This document shows positions 23,510-33,000 of a DNA stretch of 33,000 nucleotides, in pieces (the stretch's first letter is position 1; each line of letters begins with the position of its first letter). The translations under genes were made by a program, and so were the position numbers. This DNA is from Octopus bimaculoides (taxonomy: Eukaryota): positions 55,048,782 through 55,081,781 of the forward strand of contig NC_068995.1 in NCBI RefSeq assembly GCF_001194135.2, given 5' to 3'. The notes under the pieces were generated by a model. That model saw nothing but the letters and a program-made list of their open reading frames with translations, was not told the DNA's origin and did no database searches.

Positions 23510-23615
23510 TCTCTATATATAAAGATCTTTGTCTCCCCGTCTATCTGTGTGTCTGTTTCCTATGCATTCTCAAGCGGGTCGACCAAATCAATTCAAATTT
23601 TACATGGTAATAGCA
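23510..23615 (+). mobile_element. Possible 5' end of a non-autonomous Helitron-like (HINE/DINE-1-type) element
   Basis: tctctatatataaag start, gtctatctgtgtgtctgtttcctatgcattc tract and gaccaaatcaattcaaatttt motif resemble such elements as recalled; no 3' hairpin/CTAG end identified. Confidence 0.35.
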
Positions 23616-23779
23616 TTATACCCCACTCGTGTCAACACGTAATTTTTATTTTCATTTGGATTAAAACAACAGAACCTTCAAACTACGAAATCTTTCTATA
23701 GTCAACAATAATAAAGGATATTTTATACCTAGACGACGACGACATCACATTTTTTATATGTGCGTATATTTGTCTGTGA

Positions 23780-23780
<1 letters not shown>

Positions 23781-23845
<65 letters not shown>

Positions 23846-23960
23846 NNNNNNNNNNNNNNNNNNNNNNNNNNNNNNNNNNNNNNNNNNNNNNNNNNNNNNN
23901 NNNNNNNNNNNNNNNNNNNNNNNNNNNNNNNNNNNNNNNNNNNNNNNNNGGGGGGGGGGG
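23781..23960. repeat. (TG)n microsatellite, assembly gap 23846-23949, then poly-G
   Basis: (TG)n 23781-23845, N run, G11 at 23950-23960. Confidence 0.97.
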
Positions 23961-24721
23961 TCTGTGAGTACGAGTAATGGACAAATATGCAATTCTACCT
24001 GCTAGATGGCCCTTTCGTTTGTGAGAGATTGTAAAATTCAATTCGTCGATCTCGTTGCCGTGGCGTGCAGGTTTGTTCCAAGGATTATCATATGTGTAAT
24101 TTTGAGGAAGTGGGTAATTGTGATTACCCCGAGGAAAACCGATGCTGCATTTTACTTGTGTACACCAGCAATACACTTTTTAACATACTAATGCCCTTAA
24201 AGATTTTATAATCCAATGCCAATTATATAAAAATGCAGGAGAAAAATTAACGGAAAATTTGCTCACATCGATAAAAGCAATATTGATTACCTTAAACAAA
24301 TTTCAAAAAGAAGCATGACATTTCCTATAATTAATAATGAAGAAATATAAGGCAAAACATTGGAACGGATAAAAAGGGAAAATTGAATAACGATAACTTT
24401 CTATGCTTTCTTCAATAAAAGGGTATAGCAACGGAAATGTGCATCTGGTTAAGCTTTTCGTATTTAGATAGGTAAAAATATAGCTTTATACATTTTAGGT
24501 GAAAATATATATAGAAACAATTCTGTGCATTTTAGCCTTTTAACTACTCCTGCTGACAGAATAATGCATACATACAAGAAAATTCACCTATACACAGATA
24601 TAGAAACGCACGCTTTAAAATATATACATATATACTTTCATGTGCATCGTTATAGAGACAGTTGGATGAACATATAATCTATATACTATCGTATACGTTT
24701 ATACTCCGAAATGCCCCTGCA

Positions 24722-24955
24722 ATATATATATATATATATATATATATANNNNNNNNNNNNNNNNNNNNNNNNNNNNNNNNNNNNNNNNNNNNNNNNNNNN
24801 NNNNNNNNNNNNNNNNNNNNNNNNNNNNNNNNNNNNNNNNNNNNNNNNNNNNNNNNNNNNNNNNNNNNNNNNNNNNNNNNNNNNNNNNNNNNNNNNNNNN
24901 NNNNNNNNGTGTGTGTGTGTGTGTGTGTGTATGTATGTGTGTGTGTGTGTGTGTA
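24722..24955. repeat. (TA)n / assembly gap 24749-24908 / (TG)n compound microsatellite
   Basis: Read directly. Confidence 0.97.
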
Positions 24956-25108
24956 TAAAACATGTATATACATTGTACCATATATTTTAGTAAAGATATA
25001 TATACGCCTACATATTCATACATATATACATATATACATATATTGATATATATGCTTACATATGTATAGCGTGTATACACGAAGGTTTATGTATGTGAAC
25101 ATTCATAT

Positions 25109-25142
<34 letters not shown>

Positions 25143-26304
25143 GTGTGTGTATATATATATTACTGTGTATGTGTATTTTTGTATATAATGTAGTAAAAGC
25201 AACAGAAGTAACTGTAGAGTAAACAGTTATATAACTATTTGTGGCAACTAAATATGTCTTTCCATAAAATGTGAATACATATTTATTTAAGACATTTTCC
25301 TTTGCACGATTTTTATTTACTTGTTATTTCGAAATTTAAAATGTCTTAAAAGCACGCACAGAATACAAAATAAAGAAAATAGAAGAAGTGTAACATATAA
25401 GAAAAGAAGAAATCAAAGAATAATCTGTCATTTCACAGACATTAAGTTACGACCATTCTCTCTGGTGCCGTTTTGACGTAATTCTAGAAATCTTGTCGGA
25501 GTTCTTCACTTCAAGCCTAAGAAATTTGTCTCCGTTTCTAAGACAAATGCATCTTGCTTTAATAATTCTAAGTGATAAGGAAAAGGGAAAACATAATAAA
25601 CATCTAAGTATAGCATAGATCAATGATTCTTTCTCTCATGTGAAGGATTTTTTTTTATTCTTAATGTACTGTATTTATAAACTTTTGATTTTTGATTGAT
25701 TATGTATTTTCAATATTTTTAGATATACTCATAGGTGGTGAGTAACAAAAATTATTTTGTGACATTCAGTTTACTTTATTTTAGATCTTGAGTTCCAATT
25801 TCTCTTGAGCTTCAGTTTTCTTTTTGTATCAATCTAAAGTTGATATATGTAGTCACAGTAATATACTAGTGTCGATTTCATGGAGTGTACATCTGCAATT
25901 GCCTGGACTTCGTGTATGTCAAATAATTATATCAAATATGATTTTGTTTTGTTTTAATTCCTGTCTCACCGTTGAACAAAATTCAATATGGAATCCTGTT
26001 AGCAAGACGGCTTAGTACGCGCCTGCACTTACTTTTAAAACACAATACCGAAATGAATATGTCATCACATCTCAAGGTGGTATTATTTCATTTGAATGAG
26101 ATTTCACTGCACTACCTAACTAGTGTATGCTGTCAAGTAAAAGCATCTTATTCCATTTTAATAATAATGTGTGACACTACCTTACATGTATACGAATTTA
26201 CTCAGTAAGCTACTATAGAAATGTGCGTTATTCACGTTTGACGGATATGCCCTCATCTTGTTTGTTCTTAACACAACATTTCGGCTGATATACCCTCCAG
26301 CCTT

Positions 26305-27203
26305 CATCATTGTCTGATCAATAAGTATACAGACCGTCGGCATATTAACGAAGCTAATGCACGCAGAGTGAGGCCGCTTGGCACGGATTGATCTTGAACT
26401 CTGGTGTGCATGCGCACTAAGTGTTTCAACATTCTAGCTCAGTTACTTTGTTTACAGCAGTGCTTGGAATGAAGGTGAGTAACGTGTGATTGTCGCATTG
26501 ACTATGACAGAGAAGGCTGAGCAGATAAACTGCATTAAATTTTGCCAAAAGCCTGGTGATACTTGCTCAGCAGCCTACGAAAGTTTTCAAAACGTTTTCA
26601 TCGTTCCCGACACAATTGAGGAGGTCTTGGACAACTGAAACACAAGTGCTTTTTGGTCAACTGAATGCAGTTTTGGCACAAACTTGGTAGACACGCGTCT
26701 TATACCTATACCCAAATCGTCAGTGATAATGGACTGAACCGTAACTAATCTGTACCCTCTCATAACTCACAGATGGGAATTCTACGATTTCCCCTCACAG
26801 ATGCACGCACATCTACGATGTTTTTCTCTCAGTTCTGTTCGTTGCATATCTCCCAGAACGTTCGTCAATATCGACATTTTGTCGACCATCTTAGAAACGT
26901 CTGAACCATTCGTACATTTGTGTACGACTCATACACCCATTTCCATACACTTCCTCAAGTAGGCGTAAGTTTCTGAAAAGATAACGTCAAGATAGCTTTC
27001 TCTGTCATGGTCAATGCGACAACCACATGCTACACATCTTCCTTCACAGCACTGTTGTAAACAGCAAAAACGAGCTAGAAAGTTAAATCTTATTGAGCAT
27101 ATACATCACAGTTCATGGTCAATCAATGCCTAGCGGCTTTACTGTGCGTGTTTTGGTTCGTTACTATGGCAACTTTCCGGATACTTATTGAACAGACATC
27201 GTA
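26305..27203. mobile_element. Fold-back mariner-derived non-autonomous element with ~200 bp inverted arms
   Basis: Left arm 26312-26519 (gtctgatcaataagtat...ttctagctc...gtcgcattgactATGACAGAGAA) is homologous to the reverse complement of 26995-27197 (gtctgttcaataagtatccgga...ttctagctc...gtcgcattgaccATGACAGAGAA). The left arm encodes MTEKAEQINCIKFCQKPGDTCSAAY. The right, minus-strand copy encodes VYGNGCMSRTQMYEWFRRF*DGRQNVDIDERSGR...RVSTKFVPKLHSVDQK (mariner HTH and W/FVP motif). TA at 27202-27203. Confidence 0.9.
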
Positions 27204-28228
27204 TATACATATAAAACATGACGTTGATCAATATATTCAATTGAGTCGTTGCCCTAATGCGTTTCTGAGTTTATCACCAACACCAGGCTCTTCTTTGGTG
27301 TTAACACTATCCAACTTGTTAATATCATTCGGTATGCAGTTGTTTAATGAATAGTTCGTCGCATTCGTCAGCTGAAAATTTAATTAAATGCAAAAACGCA
27401 CGTGTGTAAGTATGAATTATTAATATCTTTCAAATATAATATATAAATTTATGGCAAGCTCAACAAAGTATATACATTGCTATTATTGATTTAAACAAGT
27501 CATTCCTCTAACCAAATCACGATTACTTCAATATATTAGACACTGAAAGGTTCATTGTCCAATCTTTATCAATGTATTAAATGCTTTTCATTTTAAAACC
27601 GGAGCGAGTAGGAAGTGACTACAATTCTTCATGTGTATCACATTTTCAGTTTGTCCTTCACTTTAAAATATCATTACGTATGCAATTAATCTACATTATG
27701 TTTTTAATTTGTCTTCATTTAGCAAAAGATTGCTGTTATTTCAGTGAGATTTAATTTTAAATTGATTTGCGTTATTCCATAAATTCAGGTGATTGATTTT
27801 CCTAATGAAGTACTTTCGATAACTATAAATATTCATAAATATCCATTCATTTTGCTTCCTCATTCAGTCAGAATATTTTTAGAAATAAATCACAGTTGGT
27901 GATAACCAATTGATTCTATAAAATCGCGAAACTAATTATATTCATAATTAGGTAACGGCCGTTGTCATCTTGATGATACAATCCTAACAGACATGCAGAA
28001 TTGTGTAGAAAGCTGTTTGTATTCGATGTAACGTCAAAAACGAAACAAAAATGGTTCTATTCACTACTTATTAAGTATTTCTGAGCAAGAAATTTGATGC
28101 ATTATATAAAACGTAATAAAATTCAAGAATGCATAGGGATTTGGAGTTTAGTTAACATAAGATATGCGAAACTATTGCAGAAGAACCGAAAATGAATATT
28201 TCACGAAGATGCTATAACCCTAAATTTA

Positions 28229-28302
28229 TACATTTTTTTTATCGTTCCGGGGAATGAAAAAATGCAAACTTGACATCAGCGGGATTTGAAGCGCAAAGAA
28301 CT
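28229..28302 (-). mobile_element. Decayed family-A SINE fragment
   Basis: Reverse complement ttcaaatcccgctgatgtcaagtttgcattttttcattccccggaacgataaaaaaatgta is colinear with the 4700-4760 core. Confidence 0.55.
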
Positions 28303-29278
28303 TGGTACAAATAACGTATGTTGTTATATTTGACTGGCAAACTATGCTGACAATTCCCCCTCTGTGACCCCATAAGACACATACCAATATGAGTGTATGA
28401 TTCAGTAAGAGTTTTACAGTTCAATATTAGAGTGTTTTACGCTAAAGGCCAAGATCTATTCAAATTTGATAAATGTTAATCAAACTAACTATGAATAAAT
28501 AGGAAAATATATAATATCATGAATGAGCAATGGAAATAACAGTATACAATATCCATTATGGCAATTAGAATATGCCATAACATGTATACTCCGGACACAT
28601 GAAATACTTGTAATTAAGATTCAATCTTGTTACAGAGATTTCAAACTTCATACTATAGGAAGTCATTTTTTTTTTGTTTGTTTGTTTATTTACCAGCAAA
28701 TGTTATCTCATACCAGCGCCGCCGAACATTTATAATTTAACTTTCACTCAATGTAGGCCAACTGTCATATATTTAAGAATTAATGGACAGTGCAAATGAA
28801 AGCCATTGCACCCACTTCTTTAAACTACACTCACACATACACAGACACACATGCACGCACACTCATACGCCCACACATATACACACACACATATTATTAA
28901 CTACATATATTTAATGTTTATGTTTGTCCATGAGTCCGAGGTGCTTTAACATTCGGCGCTCTGAGAGTGTATATACTCCACCATGCTAGCGGAAAATACA
29001 CGCAGTATATATATTAACTATATATAATGGGCCGTCCATTTGCCTTTAGCACACGATGTAATATACAAAAGGTGAATGACATATGTTGCTGCTACATATT
29101 GGAACTTTACAAGTATCTTTGGTGCTCTATGAGAATTCTATTTCGGAATGAAAAATGATTTTTTTTTCTTTAATTCTGTCTATTCTGACTTGTTACATTA
29201 TGCCTTGAGACACATAAAAATAAATATCTAAACCAACCTTCCAACAGATAAGCAAGTAGACGTTTATGTCTAATTCAC

Positions 29279-29349
29279 CCTTGCCAAAAATATTCTGATA
29301 TAAAGCATCTCCAGGTTCTCTCTTCTACTACGATTGATGTTTCTTATTT
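29279..29349 (-). CDS. Candidate internal coding exon (71 nt, phase 1-0), unknown protein
   Basis: Acceptor atttcaagtttcag|A, donor AGG|gtgaat; open phase-1 frame (x)IRNINRSRRENLEMLYIRIFLAR. Confidence 0.35.
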
Positions 29350-29409
29350 CTGAAACTTGAAATCATTTTAATTCCATTCGAATTTAAACTCATAAATGCG
29401 AATTTGTTT

Positions 29410-29492
29410 AAGGATCTTGCTTTTTAATCACATGGTTTGGGGTTCATTTCCACAGAGTTGCAACCTAACCAAGTGTCTTCTGCCATAGCGCC
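29410..29492 (+). mobile_element. Decayed family-B tRNA-derived SINE fragment
   Basis: ttgctttttaatcacatggtttggggttcatttccacagagttgcaacctaaccaagtgtcttctgccatagc; shares the cacatggt...ttcaNttcc...cac motif with the 5425-5504 copy. Confidence 0.6.
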
Positions 29493-29887
29493 AAATAATT
29501 TTATGTCTAAACGATTAGGCATCGGTGGAGGTGTTGAAAAGTAGCTTATCAGATTGCCAGGACGTCTGAATATTTTCCTTACACCAAAGACTCAACATAT
29601 AAAATGGTTGTCACATTAAACATTAACGAAATGTACTCAGCCTAACGACGTGATCATATTCCGTCAATCCAATTGTATGCTGAATAGATACTAATGTGAG
29701 CCATATTCTCTACATGAAATCAAGTGAATTTTCGAACACCAAGCAGAAGCAAAACAGTTGCTGAATAGCACCCACGTCTTTCTATTCCACGAAACGCTTG
29801 AAAATTCCCCATTGCATTTTCACCTTCTATTCTCTATGTTTCTATCCGTATAGAATAACATAAATTTACTTCCTATTTAAGTGCGTG

Positions 29888-29920
<33 letters not shown>

Positions 29921-29924
29921 CATC

Positions 29925-30478
29925 ATTAATCATACATCATATATTATAATTAGAAAATGCTCCACAGAGATCAATCACAAGACAAATAGATGATATGAGA
30001 TGTTTTATCCATTGGGATGAACTCACAAAGCTCACGGTTTACTCCCCTGAACGCCACCGTAAGCGCTATATCATCTGTAGGATGTAGAAAATATTCCATC
30101 AACATCGCCAAATGATATAGGCATCATCTTTAAAATTCACCCGAGGCTTCTGTCCATTACAGAAATGATGTTCGTGTTGTACGACAACACTACGATGGAA
30201 CTATTTCACCTCAACTGGCCCTGCTCTCTTCAACATTATGCATGACTATATAACGGAGGAAATTGATTTCACAGCATTCAAACGGTCCCTAGATGTTTAC
30301 CCCCAACAAATACCAGACAAACCACTCACTACCGGATATGTCTCTGAAAGCAATAATTCTTTGCTCGAATGGGCTATGGTGCCCAACAGCTCACTGTGTA
30401 TCCCTTCCAGGTGGTGCTATTAAATTAGACATGGCGTGGGACAACTTCGACCGAAACTTAACTAAGTAATGTAAGTAA
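29925..30478 (+). mobile_element. CR1/L2-group LINE, 5'-truncated decayed 3' end with 3' UTR and short tandem tail
   Basis: Reads LENAPQRSITRQIDDMRCFIHWDELTKLTVYSPERHRKRYIICRM*KIFHQH / PNDIGIIFKIHPRL / NYFTSTGPALFNIMHDYITEEIDFTAFKRSLDVYPQQIPDKPLTTGYVSESNNSLLEW. This matches the YW.RL..L.LYSL.RRRERY...WK and GP.LFN.LP...FK..LD.FL..IPD.P..GY...NSL C-terminal motifs; ends in a taag/taat tail near 30460-30478. Confidence 0.9.
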
Positions 30479-33000
30479 TCTCAATATATTCTGATTTCCT
30501 TTAAATCAGACTTGTAATGCATAATACTTTGTATGATGTCACACTCAACTTGTGTAGGATTTGTTTGCAGGTATCTTAGCGTCATTTACTTCTTTTGACA
30601 GGATGATTAGCCACTACCACAGCATTGCATATGATATATTTTATAAGAAATTATTTATTCTTGTTTAGAGGATACATCAGCTACGTTGGACAGTTGTCTA
30701 CAAATATTAACTCAATAATTTAGTGTGCCAATGTGAGTTTGTATATGCGTTTATTATTGCTCATTTTTGTGAATTCTGGTCTTGATTGTGCTTATATTCA
30801 CAATGTGAAGAAAATTATGATAGGAAATATATTCCAAACGTTTCACTTCTTAATGAACTGATAATAATGTTAATGTGATTATCTTACTGATTAACTCGGC
30901 TCATGTTCGTTATGTTCCAAAGGATTTCAAATTATGTTTTATAGCATGTTAAATTGCGTACAAGGTCCATCTCATAAAATACAACCAATTTGTCTGTTGG
31001 ATAGCCAAAATGTCGGACAGACTAAAATATAGCAAAATATTGGTTGGAAATGTTGTTAAAGTTAACTGTCCATGCAAGTAATACGATAATTTCTGCAGAC
31101 CACAATATTTAGAATGGCATATTGATTTATTTTTCACATACTTGATTTGAGTTATATTTCTGTTGTCCATGTGACAAATAACATCGTCTAGATTTGGAAT
31201 TACTTTCAAGTCAGTAGGAAATTTATCCTCCCGCGGGACACCTTTAGCATTTTTATAAAGAAATTATAGTCTTTCCATATTTGTAGTGAGCTGCATTTAA
31301 ATGAGAGAGACCATATCTCGTAAATACCTTCATTGTATTAAGTCAACGATATATAACATGTTTGAACAGCCGTATAATCATCCTTGAGAGGTAAAGCGTA
31401 GTAAAATTTATTGTACATAAGGTTAGAGAATATAACAGAGTTATCATTGCAAATTCTTTCTCATTAATAAATCTTACAGAATTGTTTATCCTATCCAATC
31501 ATAAATCGTTATAAAAATTAAGGTGTATGGATTGAATACATCGCTCCACTGTAAACTTGCAGATATAGAATAACGTTCTGCGTATTCGAGATACCATGAA
31601 CCAATGATAGCATACATTCAAATAAAAATAATAATAATAATGTATAATTAATGTAACAAATACACGCAATACGCCACCTTCAAATGTCGAATAATGCGCA
31701 ATATACTTTATATACCTACATACATGAATATATGTGTGTGTGTCGATAGCCACCTGGAAAAGATGTTTTCCTAGGGCTACAAGAATGGTAACATCGTCTT
31801 TTATAGGACGTAAACGCATGGAAATTATTATTGTCAAGATGAGCTGCGCAGCTTTCGACATATATAATTTAGTAAGAAGCTTTCGAAACACCTCGAAACC
31901 TAACTATTCCAACAGCTCGTTTGTTTCACATATGTTTAAATAATATCACTTTCTATAATCTATAGAGATGCAACGTACTAAACAATATCCAAGCATTATA
32001 AGATTTGTCAAAGAAATCTTTGGTGATAGTAAGTTATTGCCAGGTGTATCATCATAATTTCTTTTTGCAGAATCTTTTTTAAATGGTCAGTTATGAATTT
32101 CTCACACGACCTGGTATGAAAAAGACCTTGCCAAGTACATGTGGCATACGCAGTGAGGAGACTCTTTCTGAATAATCATGCCTAACTTCATTTCATTTAA
32201 ATGATGTAACAAAAACTATGGTATTTCGCACTGTGCTGCTCATCACTCACTGAATACGTATATTTGATTCTGGTTAGTCATGTACGAGCATCTATTCAGA
32301 GTAGGGGAATAGCTGATATTCACAGTATGTCTAATAAGTTATCTTTGTGATAACAGTGTAACGAGAACAGGGAAAATCACACGGAGATGATAATTTTCTC
32401 CAAATGAAAATATCGACCCAAACAAATACAGTATTTCAAAACGAATAGAATTGTCAATATATTGGTAACATGACTTAATCGACTTAATCAATAGGATATT
32501 CTTAATGAAATAACACTTAGCGGAGGTGATTGTGAAATGTCAAGGTTGCTAGCTTTATATAAATTTAAACTTGTGTCAGAATGCACTGAATGCGATCATA
32601 AAGGTTGGTATTTAACAGAATAAGAAACAGAAGTTTTAAAGAAATATCCTAAAAATAATGATAAAGTCTGTATAACATTTTAAGGACGCAGAGTCTAACC
32701 TGTGGGGTTAGTCAAATGAGACATAGGAACAATAGGAAAACAGTGAAACTCAATTAAATGCTCAATTATGATTTTATCATATTTTATGTTTGATTCTCTT
32801 ATTATAAAAAGAGATGTTGCTGCAAAATGTATCGATGCCACAGCAAAAGTTATGGTTATGTCATGAACTTTATCAGCTTACTACTGTTTCTGGGGTTGAG
32901 GTACTCAACTGTGATTTCACTGCATTTTACAACAGAAACAATTGTAAGGTAATGAAATTTATAAGATATCCATCGTTTTTCTTGTGTCAGCTCTTTTTCA

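Noticed and set aside
26032-26128. Strong minus-strand acceptor (cttttacttgacag) and donor (gtaagt) pair
   Set aside because: All three frames contain stops soon after the acceptor; non-coding at best.

Overview
AT-rich, microsatellite-dense eukaryotic genomic DNA with four N-gaps. It is most likely a coleoid cephalopod (Octopus-like); this is inferred from composition and from SINE/mariner families I recall from octopus sequence, not from a database search. Nearly all ORFs in the supplied track are microsatellite or low-complexity artefacts. Firmly supported features are transposon relics: a mariner 5' fragment (-, 2879-3222), a ~900 bp fold-back mariner derivative (26305-27203), an RTE LINE 3' end (-, 9415-9870), a CR1/L2-group LINE 3' end (+, 29925-30478), several tRNA-derived SINEs including a head-to-tail trimer (4441-5130), and many simple repeats. 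The best non-TE signal is a set of phase-compatible minus-strand exon candidates at 14.0-16.4 kb whose protein I cannot assign to a family, so the window may be mostly intronic sequence of a large minus-strand gene. I found no convincing novel biological system; the findings are leads, several of them weak.
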